Sequence record: SRR22947727_1528
Reading direction: 5' to 3' (one strand)
DNA length: 37,791 nucleotides
Shown here one piece after another: positions 1-9,592 of this stretch. Under the pieces are notes generated by a model. The model saw only the letters and a program-made list of their open reading frames with translations, made no database searches and was not told the origin of the DNA. Numbering within the stretch: the stretch's first letter is position 1; each line of letters begins with the position of its first letter. Both the position numbers and the translations under genes were made by a program.

Positions 1-81
1 TTCGCTGTGTGGATGAACCACGAAGGTAAACACCCCGGACAGTCTAACCATCGTATTTCAGAATCACGTAGTAGCAAATGA
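1..81 (+). CDS. 3' end of a gene truncated by the window edge (…FAVWMNHEGKHPGQSNHRISESRSSK*)
   Basis: Frame 1 is open from base 1 to TGA at 79-81, which overlaps the next ATG (ATGA coupling). Confidence 0.55.
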   Translation, partial: FAVWMNHEGKHPGQSNHRISESRSSK

Positions 82-260
82 TATGGTCCCTTTTACTAAC
101 GGCATGTTTACAGACTACCTGTGCAGAACAAAGCATACAGTGGTTTGAAGAAAAACAACAGTGTATCGAATTTAAAATACTTCACGAAGAACTGCCGCAA
201 GACGGGCATTGGAATACAGTTAAATACGAATGTGTTTTAGTTAACGGAGCGCAAACTTAA
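78..260 (+). CDS. Small Cys-containing hypothetical protein
   Basis: 60 aa with a hydrophobic N-terminus and 4 Cys; abuts the genes on both sides. Confidence 0.65.
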   Translation: MIWSLLLTACLQTTCAEQSIQWFEEKQQCIEFKILHEELPQDGHWNTVKYECVLVNGAQT

Positions 261-476
261 ATGTCTATGTTTAAAATGGAAAATACTGAAGGACATCCGA
301 AAGTAAAAACATATTTAGAGGCTGATATTAAATCTGCAGTTAAAAAATATGTAATGAGTTGGGATATTCAAACTCTTATAGATTATGCTATTGATGGTAC
401 ATATGAAAAGTATATGGACAGAAAACAACCTAGAAAATACATAGACAATTTAATGGAAGAGTTTAATAAAAAATAA
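261..476 (+). CDS. Hypothetical protein
   Basis: 71 aa; GGAG upstream; TAATG coupling to the lysozyme gene. Confidence 0.65.
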   Translation: MSMFKMENTEGHPKVKTYLEADIKSAVKKYVMSWDIQTLIDYAIDGTYEKYMDRKQPRKYIDNLMEEFNKK

Positions 477-961
477 TGAAATACAATCGTTCACATTTTT
501 TAGATAAGCTTGTAGAGCATGAGGGTCTTGTGCTTACAGTTTATAAAGATACATTAGGAATTGATACCATTGGCATAGGTAGAAATTTAAAAGACCGTGG
601 TATCAGTAAAGAGGAGCTAGATTACCTTGACATCCCTAGTATGGAGGTGGTCTATGAACATGGAATATCTGAAGCCGATGCAAGGTATCTAGCCCTCAAT
701 GACATTGCAATAGTAGAGAATGAATTATGTCGTGTACACAAATGTGTACAAGATCTAGACAGTGTACGTCAACTTGTACTGATGGACATGGCATTTAATA
801 TGGGAGTTCCACGTCTATGTAAGTTTAAACTTATGTGGAATGCTATACACGAACAAAATTGGGAAGCCGCATCAAGAGAAATGTTAGATTCTAGATGGGC
901 TAGGCAGGTAGGACGCAGAGCCAAAATTTTGTCAGACGCTATGGCGAGTGGAGAATTTTAA
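476..961 (+). CDS. Endolysin, T4-type/GH24-like lysozyme
   Basis: Catalytic E-x8-D-x5-T pattern (HEGLVLTVYKDTLGIDTIGIG), plus MAFNMG and DSRWARQVGRRA. Confidence 0.9.
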   Translation: MKYNRSHFLDKLVEHEGLVLTVYKDTLGIDTIGIGRNLKDRGISKEELDYLDIPSMEVVYEHGISEADARYLALNDIAIVENELCRVHKCVQDLDSVRQLVLMDMAFNMGVPRLCKFKLMWNAIHEQNWEAASREMLDSRWARQVGRRAKILSDAMASGEF

Positions 962-999
962 AATGTTTGAACAAGTATTAAAAATAACAGGAGAAGCCT

Positions 1000-1386
1000 A
1001 TGTTAAACCTTCTAATAGGACCTATTGCAGAATTAGCAGGTACTTGGTTAAAAGGTTCTGTAGAAACATCAAAGGCCAAGACGGACGCAAAGGTAGCCCA
1101 CGCAAAAGCTGAAGCTATTGTCATGCAGAAGAAGGCCACAGGTGAAATAGACTGGGACCTTAAAATGGCTGATGCTTCTGCGTCTTCTTGGAAAGATGAG
1201 TGGCTTACATTAATTTTCTCAGCACCATTGATACTTAGTTTTTGTGGTGACTGGGGCAGGACAATTGTAGCTGATGGCTTTGGTGCCTTGGCAACTATGC
1301 CTGACTGGTATCAGTACACACTAGGTGTCATTGTCGCTGCCAGCTTCGGTGTCCGTAGTGCTAGTAAGTTCTTCGGGAAACGCTAA
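1000..1386 (+). CDS. Holin (3-TM, GTA-holin-like)
   Basis: SWKDEW motif, hydrophobic segments, basic C-terminus; next to the lysozyme; AGGAG RBS. Confidence 0.75.
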   Translation: MLNLLIGPIAELAGTWLKGSVETSKAKTDAKVAHAKAEAIVMQKKATGEIDWDLKMADASASSWKDEWLTLIFSAPLILSFCGDWGRTIVADGFGALATMPDWYQYTLGVIVAASFGVRSASKFFGKR

Positions 1387-1779
1387 CTCAAAAAGTTGAA
1401 ATGATTTCTCAACACCCATTACTCTGATAGCGTTTACGATTTCCATTTCTAATGTTTCTTCATCTGTGCTGACTTCATCCGCATTGTTTCCTCGTACCCT
1501 TGCAAGAAGTTCAAGAGCCTTGAGAGCAGTGTTTCCATTACCCGCATTACGAGCAACCTCATACTGCTTTTCGATTTCTGAGATAACATCAACATCTGTT
1601 GAGATCTCATTTGTGAGTTCGTCAATCCGTTCTTTGATTCGTTCATCTTGTAATAACCTATGGCCTTGGTTATGGGCAGAGGTCTCACTATATCCTGCAG
1701 TTGCTGCCGCCTTTGTAGCATTTCTGTGCAGGATATAGGCTTGACAAAACCGTTCTTGTTTATCATTAAGCAGCGACAT
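1321..1779 (-). CDS. terS: Terminase small subunit
   Basis: N-terminal LNDKQERFCQAY…NATKAAATAGYS…GHRLL helix-turn-helix typical of TerS; ALKALELLAR segment. Confidence 0.8.
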   Translation of the reverse strand: MSLLNDKQERFCQAYILHRNATKAAATAGYSETSAHNQGHRLLQDERIKERIDELTNEISTDVDVISEIEKQYEVARNAGNGNTALKALELLARVRGNNADEVSTDEETLEMEIVNAIRVMGVEKSFQLFELAFPEELTSTTDTEAGSDNDT

Positions 1780-4051
1780 CTAGCAACTCTGTGTAATACT
1801 TTTCCTTACCACGTTTAGATGCTTCCCAAACTGCAGCGGCAAGAGTACCTTCACCATGAAAATTAATTCCCATGTCCATCTGATCATTATCAAATAGCTT
1901 CTCACAGTCTTGTGCCATAGCTAGTAGTTCACCTGTAGTCCAGAACTTTTCACCACCTGTTTCTACTTGCATATACTTAGGTCGTTGCTTCTCTGTATCT
2001 GTTGTTTCTTTTTTCATTTCCTCTGTTATCTCACCAACAGAACAATCAAACCCAAACAGTTCAAAGTTTCTAAACCCTAGTGTGTGTGCAATGGCAATGG
2101 TACGCATAGCCGCACAAGTACCACCAGTGATAAGAGTAGAACCTTCTTCAATACCTGTTGACTTATCTACTACAATCTTATCTGTAACAGACATATCACG
2201 CAAGGCATCTGAGTAAGCTTGCCAACCTTTTACATTAGCACCCTTCTTGATAAGATGTTTAGTAACTGAAGGATCAGTCATAGATGCAACAAGCATAATT
2301 GTCTGGTCATCTACTTTGTTAAACAAATCTTTACGAACTACACCGTGTGTACTTACCCCATCAATAGGACGTGGATCTAGAATTACACAAGCGAATGGTT
2401 GAATACCTTGCTCCAAAAGTTTTGGATAGCTATGCTTAACACAGAATACTTTACCATTTGTTTTAGCGATACGATCCTTAACTTCCCACCAATCAGTACT
2501 AGTACCACCAGAGACAATGATGGCAGTCTCGTTGTTGATCTTACTTGTTTTGATCCAATCAAAATCTTTAATTAGTTTCTTATTCTCAAGAACATTATTA
2601 ATAATCTCTTCTTTAGGACGAGAATCTTTTGGTGTGACAACAATGGGAACACGTGTCAGTTCATCTGGTATCTTAGGTAGACCCTGCTTCATAGCTACAA
2701 AGCAAAGGTGTGTTACACCGCCACCAAGGACTGCATCAGAAGAAGGTAGAACAACCTTACCATATGCCGTAATCTCTTTCATAAGTTGGTTAACACCATC
2801 GTTGTCTGGCATACGTCCTTCTTTATCTTTAGAAAAGTAATCATCAAACACAAGAATAGGTACGTGCTTTAGATTTTCAAAGTCAGACTTGACTGTTTCG
2901 TATGAATGACCACCATCAATGTATGCAAAGTCTGCTTTCTTGATAGACTTGCAAGCCTTGAGTGTTTTCTTTGTGTCACCTTTATGTAGCTTGAACGTAA
3001 AGATTTTACCCATTGGTTTCATTTTACGTGTAAACTCTTCTAACCTAGCTTCTACAGCTTTCTTAGAATTGTGTGGCTTGCTGTTCAATTCAATATGATC
3101 TAATTCTGGGGTGGCTTCTTCAAACAAATCAAAGCCAGTGTAATGTACCTTATCTGTATGCTTGAATGCTGCAACTGCCATTTGAATAGCACGTCCACCA
3201 TTCCATGTACCAGTCTCTACAATATTGCTAGGCTTGTAGAAAGTAATAAGATCTAACAATTGCTTGTATCGTTTAGGACCATTAACATCAGGTGCCACAG
3301 TTGTATCGCTAACCTTTGATTTTAAATTACCTTTGAAGTGATCAAAGTATTCTGACAAAGGTGACTGAGCAAACGCTGCCAAACCTTTGACACCTTCAGA
3401 TAGGTTGTTAGTTACCATGCCGTGTGCTTTGTAGATATTAAGCAGACGTTCAAAGATAAACCCATCATGCCATTCACGGTAAGCAACTACTTCGCCAATA
3501 GTGTAAGCACCTCTAAGGTCAGCAAGGAGACTGCAAGTATTATGAATGCCCAAGTTAAAGCCCATGAAACTTGTTTCGCTATAGTCTGCATCTGTTCTTC
3601 CTAAGTGTACGAGGTCTGCTTTTTCAGGCAACCATTTTTTAAATTGTTTTACATCAAGCCGTTTTGTTGTTACCGTATCTGCATCTAACCAGATCATCCA
3701 AGTCTCGTGATCATCTTGCTCCATAATTTCAAAGGCAAGGTCAGTCATTGCATACACTTTATGACACCACTTGATTGCATCAAGCCGCCAATTGTACTGC
3801 ATCTTACCACCTTCCGTACCATCATGAAACTTCATACGCTCACGGTACTCAAGCATTTCTTCTACGTCATTAAGATTGCGATACTCAATGTTGTCAGCCA
3901 TAGGGGGAGACACACTTTCAATATCAAAGTCATGGTAATAGGCCACGAGTTTAAACTCTTTTGGGTTCCATTTATCAACCACGCTTTCCAGCATGTTCTT
4001 GGCGTACTCATGGTATCCACTCTCACTAAACGATGTAACAAAAGTATACAT
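1766..4051 (-). CDS. Three-domain fusion: GT-A glycosyltransferase + class I SAM methyltransferase + Maf/MptE-like transferase domain
   Basis: WLDADT DxD motif and WHDGF in the N-terminal domain; IVETGTWNG, YIDGGHSY and VFDDY in the middle; AIIVSGGTS, IQPFACVILDP and AHTLGFRNFELFGFD in the C-terminal domain. Confidence 0.75.
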   Translation of the reverse strand: MYTFVTSFSESGYHEYAKNMLESVVDKWNPKEFKLVAYYHDFDIESVSPPMADNIEYRNLNDVEEMLEYRERMKFHDGTEGGKMQYNWRLDAIKWCHKVYAMTDLAFEIMEQDDHETWMIWLDADTVTTKRLDVKQFKKWLPEKADLVHLGRTDADYSETSFMGFNLGIHNTCSLLADLRGAYTIGEVVAYREWHDGFIFERLLNIYKAHGMVTNNLSEGVKGLAAFAQSPLSEYFDHFKGNLKSKVSDTTVAPDVNGPKRYKQLLDLITFYKPSNIVETGTWNGGRAIQMAVAAFKHTDKVHYTGFDLFEEATPELDHIELNSKPHNSKKAVEARLEEFTRKMKPMGKIFTFKLHKGDTKKTLKACKSIKKADFAYIDGGHSYETVKSDFENLKHVPILVFDDYFSKDKEGRMPDNDGVNQLMKEITAYGKVVLPSSDAVLGGGVTHLCFVAMKQGLPKIPDELTRVPIVVTPKDSRPKEEIINNVLENKKLIKDFDWIKTSKINNETAIIVSGGTSTDWWEVKDRIAKTNGKVFCVKHSYPKLLEQGIQPFACVILDPRPIDGVSTHGVVRKDLFNKVDDQTIMLVASMTDPSVTKHLIKKGANVKGWQAYSDALRDMSVTDKIVVDKSTGIEEGSTLITGGTCAAMRTIAIAHTLGFRNFELFGFDCSVGEITEEMKKETTDTEKQRPKYMQVETGGEKFWTTGELLAMAQDCEKLFDNDQMDMGINFHGEGTLAAAVWEASKRGKEKYYTELLDVAA

Positions 4052-4824
4052 TAATTATCTTCTCCTAAAATAAAAGTCTTCTTCTTTAATTCTTTCCACT
4101 CTGCAGCATAGGCAATATCGGATTGTCTCTTTGGTTCCCACTCAGGTTCAAACCAAGGACCGCCTGTTGTAAAGTGTACGTTCTTAGCATTCATAGCTTC
4201 AGGAGACCAGCCATCTAACCAGTTCCATTCTTCACTGATGGCACCAATCTCATCGTCTTGTAACCAACCAAAGCCATGAAGCCAGCTACCTGGTTTTAAG
4301 TTGGCATCGTCAACAGTAAGATTAAGATTAGACTTATGAGAACAGTTCCAAAGAACAAAGCTAGACCAGTTCTTTCTATTGTAGTTCTGTTGAACTTGAT
4401 TGTCCATCTTCACAGTTGCTGTTGGATTATAGTTATGGTGTACACATTGAATAGCATACTGAGAGTTCTTAGTATACTCATCAAATAACTCTTCGATGTT
4501 AGTCCGAACAAACATATCTGAATCCATAAACAAAGCCCACCCACTATACTGATTCATAGCAGGTATTAAGAACCTTGTGAATGTAAAGTCTGTACTAAAA
4601 GGACGGCAATCAAATTCATCTACTCTTGCAACCTTCTCACCGCTTGCAATATCAAGTCTTACTGTACGGCGGTATAGGCCAGCACGTCTTAGTGAGGTTT
4701 GTACAAGAGGAATAATATCATACTTATCTGTATAACGTAGGATAGATTCTCTGAGAACCTCATATGATTGGTACTCACGAGCATCATATCCTACGTATAT
4801 AACTGGCTTCTTATTGCTAAACAT
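4051..4824 (-). CDS. Glycosyltransferase (GT8-like, GT-A fold)
   Basis: IYVGYD, STDFTFTRF, FMDSDM (DxD), RKNWSS, WNWL and HFTTGGPW motifs. Confidence 0.85.
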   Translation of the reverse strand: MFSNKKPVIYVGYDAREYQSYEVLRESILRYTDKYDIIPLVQTSLRRAGLYRRTVRLDIASGEKVARVDEFDCRPFSTDFTFTRFLIPAMNQYSGWALFMDSDMFVRTNIEELFDEYTKNSQYAIQCVHHNYNPTATVKMDNQVQQNYNRKNWSSFVLWNCSHKSNLNLTVDDANLKPGSWLHGFGWLQDDEIGAISEEWNWLDGWSPEAMNAKNVHFTTGGPWFEPEWEPKRQSDIAYAAEWKELKKKTFILGEDN

Positions 4825-4849
4825 AACACACCTTTGGTTGTAAAGATAT

Positions 4850-4878
4850 ATTATATGACATTTGAATTACAATGTCAA
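4850..4878 (-). promoter_or_regulatory. Consensus sigma70 promoter for the GT-GT/MT-terS unit
   Basis: TTGACA (4878-4873), N17, TATAAT (4855-4850). Confidence 0.85.
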
Positions 4879-4886
4879 GCTTTTTT

Positions 4887-6830
4887 TTATGCCGCATTCA
4901 AGTCAACTACTTCACAGACACCTGCGGTACAAGCCAACTCACGTCCACCTGATGTAGTGTCTTCCTTTTCAAAGTCACTCAGCTTAGACCAATTAACATT
5001 CTTTGGCATCTTAGCTGACCACTCTTTATATGCAACAGCATCAATGTCCTGATAAGGTGCTTGTGCATAAACATGATCATCAAAAGGAAGGAAACTAATA
5101 CCTGACACCTCATCGAAATGTTTATACACCCAAGCACCCACGGTCATCCATTCCGATTCCTTAACTGAAATTGTTACGCTAGGCTTATGTTCGCACCAAT
5201 GTCGTTGATAGGTAAGCCACAACTCTAGCTGTTCAATGGCAGTCATTGCAGTGCGAGTAATAGCACCTTGGGGTGACTTCATTGGGAAGCTAAACACTGT
5301 AGTGCTTTCTGGTTTATTTACATCAGGCTCCGCTGGGATACCTTCAGCAATCAAGAACTGTGTTAGTGGATCTTTGTTGTCACCACGAACAGTACGAATA
5401 TAATATTCATTGTGACGTGCATGAATGCCTGATGCAGCATCAGTAAGCTGAGACACAGTACCACTAGGCTTTACACAAGTAACAGCAGTTGACTGTGGAA
5501 TGTCCAACTTCTTTGCAATATCTTTATTAGTCACTACTGCTTCTTCACGCAGTAATTCTAGTACTGTTTCTAATGTACCACCAATCTGAGATGTTAGTTT
5601 ATTATCCATGATGCCTGTCAAAGACACACCAAGCAACCGTTCTTCTTCTGTATTCTTCTGCCAAATCTTACGCAGATATTTGAAGTTGGTTAGTGTAGCT
5701 TGGAATGTACCAAGAATGGTAGCAAGATTAACCTTTTCACGAAGTGTTTCAACTGTGTCGCTCTCTCGTACCACAACCTCTGACAGATTACAGAACTGAT
5801 ATGGACGTAAGATAATCTCACTACAAGGGTTGCAGCCAAAGTCATGATCAGTTTCACGTCTACCATTCTTAGCTGCTTGCTTGATAGCTGCTTGTCTATT
5901 AAAGATACCACGCTCACCAGAATGTGATTCGTAAAGTGACAACCACTCACGCATGAACGTACCCATCTCTGGCTTTTCTTTGTAAGCTACAGAGTTATTA
6001 GCCAATGCACGTTGACCTTCACGTTTAATTCCAGGCTCATCCCACCACTGCCCTGACTTGGCATGTCGCATCTGATCATCGTTGAGGTTAGACAGGCTGA
6101 TAAGGGCTGATCGGCGTACACCGCCTACCACTACAACCTCACCAATCTTGCACATGATATCATGACATTCAATAGCATATAGCTTACGTCCTGCTGCACC
6201 CTTAAATTTCTTAATACAAAACTCAAACAACTCAATCAACGGTTGAGGACCTGATGCCCTACCACCAAATGTCTTGAGCCTTGCACCTGCAGGACGCACT
6301 TCGCTGACATCGAACTTGGGAACCTGACCAGAGTACAACATAAAGATAAGTTCTTTCAATGACTTAGCCCAGCCTGGACGTGAATCACCTACCTTAATTA
6401 CTGTATCTGTGTCATGAAAATCTTCATTAACTGTTGGTAGTTTGTCAACGATATGTCTTTCAACAGAGAAGCCTACACCTGTACCACACATTAGAATGTA
6501 CATTGTTTCGTCAAAGGCACGAGGGCTGTCAACTGGTACGTAAGAACAATTGTAGCCACCTACATGGCAACGATCTAAGGCAGGACCTGCAGTCATTAAT
6601 GCTCTCATACTTGGCATAATGTTTTGGTTTAATACTGCTTCTTCTAGCTTGCTGCGTAAAGTTTTTGTTATATCATATGAATAATTTTTCTTTAGATGAT
6701 CTTGCATATAATCAAAGTAACGGCTTACTGTTTCAGTCCATGTCTCACGGCGTTGTTCATCTTCTTTCCAACGTGCATATCGTGACAACGCAATAAAATT
6801 TTGGTAGTCTGTAGGTAAAATATTATTCAT
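4887..6830 (-). CDS. nrdJ: Class II (adenosylcobalamin-dependent) ribonucleotide reductase
   Basis: YNCSY, GGVRRSA, NPCSEI, FCNLSEV, TCVKPSGTVSQL and C-terminal CTAGVC; no beta subunit gene nearby. Confidence 0.92.
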   Translation of the reverse strand: MNNILPTDYQNFIALSRYARWKEDEQRRETWTETVSRYFDYMQDHLKKNYSYDITKTLRSKLEEAVLNQNIMPSMRALMTAGPALDRCHVGGYNCSYVPVDSPRAFDETMYILMCGTGVGFSVERHIVDKLPTVNEDFHDTDTVIKVGDSRPGWAKSLKELIFMLYSGQVPKFDVSEVRPAGARLKTFGGRASGPQPLIELFEFCIKKFKGAAGRKLYAIECHDIMCKIGEVVVVGGVRRSALISLSNLNDDQMRHAKSGQWWDEPGIKREGQRALANNSVAYKEKPEMGTFMREWLSLYESHSGERGIFNRQAAIKQAAKNGRRETDHDFGCNPCSEIILRPYQFCNLSEVVVRESDTVETLREKVNLATILGTFQATLTNFKYLRKIWQKNTEEERLLGVSLTGIMDNKLTSQIGGTLETVLELLREEAVVTNKDIAKKLDIPQSTAVTCVKPSGTVSQLTDAASGIHARHNEYYIRTVRGDNKDPLTQFLIAEGIPAEPDVNKPESTTVFSFPMKSPQGAITRTAMTAIEQLELWLTYQRHWCEHKPSVTISVKESEWMTVGAWVYKHFDEVSGISFLPFDDHVYAQAPYQDIDAVAYKEWSAKMPKNVNWSKLSDFEKEDTTSGGRELACTAGVCEVVDLNAA

Positions 6831-6866
6831 GTATATCTCTCCGGGATTATAGTGTGACGAAAAATA

Positions 6867-6895
6867 ATAGTATCACAAACGAATATGAATTACAA
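6867..6895 (-). promoter_or_regulatory. Probable sigma70 promoter for nrdJ
   Basis: TTGTAA-N17-TACTAT in the intergenic gap. Confidence 0.5.
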
Positions 6896-6900
6896 TAGAT

Positions 6901-7236
6901 CTAGTGACCAAGAATAGCATTTATTCTCTTGCGAACAAAGTCTACCTCACCCGATTTAAGTACACGAAAAGCAAATTGTCTCATGTATTCAGGGTTTACA
7001 CCTGCACTATCACACACTTCAGTGAAGTCTTCTGCAGTTACACCGACAGATGCAAAGAACCATGCTATAGCCCTGTCTCTTTCTAGGACTGCATGTTCTG
7101 GTTCTCCATTGTATGAAGGCTTGGTTGCGTCTAGTAATGCTTGAAGGATAACCGCCAGATATAAAGTTTTCTCTGGGGATGATATACTTACTTGGGCATC
7201 ACTAGACAGTACGAGATTGATTTCCGTATCCATCAT
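6901..7236 (-). CDS. Conserved phage hypothetical protein
   Basis: LYLAVILQALLDA…AIAWF…DFTEVCDSAG pattern; coupled to the upstream endonuclease gene. Confidence 0.75.
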   Translation of the reverse strand: MMDTEINLVLSSDAQVSISSPEKTLYLAVILQALLDATKPSYNGEPEHAVLERDRAIAWFFASVGVTAEDFTEVCDSAGVNPEYMRQFAFRVLKSGEVDFVRKRINAILGH

Positions 7237-7640
7237 CAGGTAAGCCAGTCCTGTGGTATCTCTTCATTTAACTTACAGAACTTGAACTTATACTTATCAC
7301 ACCAATCTGCATACGTCATCTTACCACCCTTGTAAAGTTTACGGTAAGGGTTATCAAATATAAAACGTATATCAATATCAGGATGTTGTGATCGAATAAA
7401 CAGATGTTTCTTTCTGTCCTCTAGCATGAACCTGCCTTTGACTTCAAGTATAATACCATTTGGTAACAGGAAATCTGGTATGTATTTCTTGTTCTCAAAC
7501 CATTCATATGCAATGGGATATGGTTCATACTTGAAGTCAATCTTATTCTTGATTAGCTGTTCACTGCAGGAAAGTTCTGAGTTGCTTCTATACTTATGTG
7601 AGTATGAGTTTTTTCTCTGTCTCTTGGTAGTCTTCTTCAT
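7236..7640 (-). CDS. T7 gp3-like endonuclease I / Holliday junction resolvase
   Basis: YRSNSE, FKYE, YIPDF, LEVKGRF, DRKKH and TYADWC motifs. Confidence 0.9.
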   Translation of the reverse strand: MKKTTKRQRKNSYSHKYRSNSELSCSEQLIKNKIDFKYEPYPIAYEWFENKKYIPDFLLPNGIILEVKGRFMLEDRKKHLFIRSQHPDIDIRFIFDNPYRKLYKGGKMTYADWCDKYKFKFCKLNEEIPQDWLT

Positions 7641-8491
7641 GCAGCAACTTCTTCCACATTTGGTAGCTTGGCAGTAACTGTAAGATAACGAACACCGTTA
7701 GAGTATTGGAAGGCACGTAACCCCATACCACCATTGGCATCTGACCAACATGATTTTTTGAATGGGCAGTACACACAACCAATAGCAAGCTTACGATTGC
7801 CTGATGCTCCGTCAGCCTCATCAGTGTAGCAACGTGGTGGTGGAGTATCCTTACCAACAACTGATTTAAGTTCACTGATACGATCACTAGCATTGATCAT
7901 TTGCATTGAATGAACTTTCATTAGAACAAGTTCTGCAGATGATTTATCTATTGCGAAGAACGCTGCTTCCTTGTCACCTTGGGCTTCTGCATACCCAGAA
8001 ATCTGAGCAATATAACCAAAGGGATCATCAGTAGACAAGGTACTGTCCTTGAATTTCTTAAAAGCATAGGGCGATGCTGACTTGACATCTACTAATACTC
8101 CATCAATGCGACAGTCTGTGTGGCCTTTGATACCGTCCACCTCGACAGTCTTTTGTTGTTCCGATACTTCATGGTTTGCTAGTTGTGTAAGACACAGAAG
8201 CAATGATTCAAGAATATCACCAAACAAAAACTTAATCTTTGTTTGACCAGTGATAGGCTCACGGTTTGTATTCTTCATGTCATACCATACTTGACGTGAA
8301 GGCTTTCCAATCTGTGACATACGTAATGTTGGATTAGAGTTGTCACGTTTTTCTGTGACAGCCCTAGTTATTGCTTCCATTACTTCTGTACCACACTTAT
8401 AGATTGCATCACGTTTCTTAACTGTTACGTTATCAATACCGTCTTCAAGTGTTTTATAGATATCATCTATTAGTGTGTCAATATGAGCCAT
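7637..8491 (-). CDS. PD-(D/E)XK, Cas4-like exonuclease
   Basis: LRMSQIG, GHTD…VDVKS, YIAQISGY and C-terminal CVYCPFKKSC. Confidence 0.8.
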   Translation of the reverse strand: MAHIDTLIDDIYKTLEDGIDNVTVKKRDAIYKCGTEVMEAITRAVTEKRDNSNPTLRMSQIGKPSRQVWYDMKNTNREPITGQTKIKFLFGDILESLLLCLTQLANHEVSEQQKTVEVDGIKGHTDCRIDGVLVDVKSASPYAFKKFKDSTLSTDDPFGYIAQISGYAEAQGDKEAAFFAIDKSSAELVLMKVHSMQMINASDRISELKSVVGKDTPPPRCYTDEADGASGNRKLAIGCVYCPFKKSCWSDANGGMGLRAFQYSNGVRYLTVTAKLPNVEEVAA

Positions 8492-8751
8492 TAGCTTTCC
8501 TTTTGTTTTAGTAACCTAGTCAAGTACCAGTTTGCTTTAGCGAGGTCTTCATCTTTATTCTTGTAACTCTCACGCCATGTATACTTGATATTGTTTCCTT
8601 TACAGTAACCACGAAACTCTTCTGGGGTTAGTGCGGCTTCAATTGCTTCAATGCATTCTATACCTGCATGATTGTAGTGAGGTGGATTGTTTACCATGTC
8701 AACATTAGCACCATTCTCAATAAGCTTCTTCATGTATGCTTCATGCCTCAT
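8491..8751 (-). CDS. DUF3310 / T7 gp1.7-like protein (putative nucleotide kinase)
   Basis: DMVNNPPHY, IECIEAI, GNNIKYTWR and EDLAKANWYL motifs. Confidence 0.85.
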   Translation of the reverse strand: MRHEAYMKKLIENGANVDMVNNPPHYNHAGIECIEAIEAALTPEEFRGYCKGNNIKYTWRESYKNKDEDLAKANWYLTRLLKQKES

Positions 8752-8943
8752 AACTCTTCCTCTTCATCTTGATCTTTTAAAAACTGTATGTCAGTAATGT
8801 AATAGTATCCTGATGCATGGACAAACCTAAGTAGTAGGTCTTGTAGTTCCATCCATGTTAGAGCAGAACCCTTAACAACTGTTTCGGTTCCCATGATTGG
8901 ATCACGCTGAATAAGTTCATACTCTTCTGTATATTCGTTCATG
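8748..8943 (-). CDS. Small acidic hypothetical protein (start probably MNEYTEE)
   Basis: GGGAG RBS precedes the ATG at 8943; the ORF track extends it to 9002. Confidence 0.6.
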
Positions 8944-9031
8944 TTTTTCTCCCTGTAAAAATCTGGCGTACCCACCGCAAACTCAAGCCAGACCGCAGCC
9001 ATTCACAATGATGCTGCTCCCTTGATACTAC

Positions 9032-9505
9032 TTAGCTATTGAAAGGAACCTCTTCAGAGATACTGTCTGCTGCAGAGTAACCTGATTCCACAACAGGTAA
9101 CTCATCGTCTAGTTGGTCAGGCAACTCTTCTAGTTTAATAAGCTGTATCTTTTGAAGGTCTGCACCAATACCTGCATTACCTTTATAGTTCCACTCGTAT
9201 GTTTTGTACTGAACATTGACTTCAGAACCTGGACCAATAAAGTTTTTATCAGATGCTAGGATACGTTTATTATGATCAACAAGTTCAGGTACTTCATTAG
9301 GGTTGCCATTATTCTTAGTAACCTTGCGTTTGATTGTAATGAAGTCACCACGCTCATCATTTTTGTTACGCCATTTCAAACCATCAGCTTCTACGATTGC
9401 TTTGTTAGCTTCATCTAAAGCAATATCAATAGACCATGTAGGTTCAAAAGTAGTATTAGCTTCAGGAACAAAAGTCCAATATGCTTTACCAGAAATAACA
9501 CTCAT
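9032..9505 (-). CDS. Single-stranded DNA-binding protein (T7 gp2.5-like)
   Basis: GKAYW, IGPGSEVNV, acidic C-terminal tail ending VPFNS; AGGAG RBS supports a start at 9505. Confidence 0.8.
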   Translation of the reverse strand: MSVISGKAYWTFVPEANTTFEPTWSIDIALDEANKAIVEADGLKWRNKNDERGDFITIKRKVTKNNGNPNEVPELVDHNKRILASDKNFIGPGSEVNVQYKTYEWNYKGNAGIGADLQKIQLIKLEELPDQLDDELPVVESGYSAADSISEEVPFNS

Positions 9506-9560
9506 TGTTTTTATTCTCCTTGTTAAATGTGATTCAACGATCACCGTCTTGATTTTAAGT

Positions 9561-9589
9561 ATTATGCCACACTAAAATATTAATGTCAA
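9561..9589 (-). promoter_or_regulatory. sigma70 promoter for the SSB gene
   Basis: TTGACA-N17-CATAAT with a TGn extended -10. Confidence 0.75.
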
Positions 9590-9592
9590 TAA

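Noticed and set aside
7637-8491. CRISPR-associated Cas4
   Set aside because: Stand-alone PD-(D/E)XK nuclease in a replication module, with no cas operon or array.
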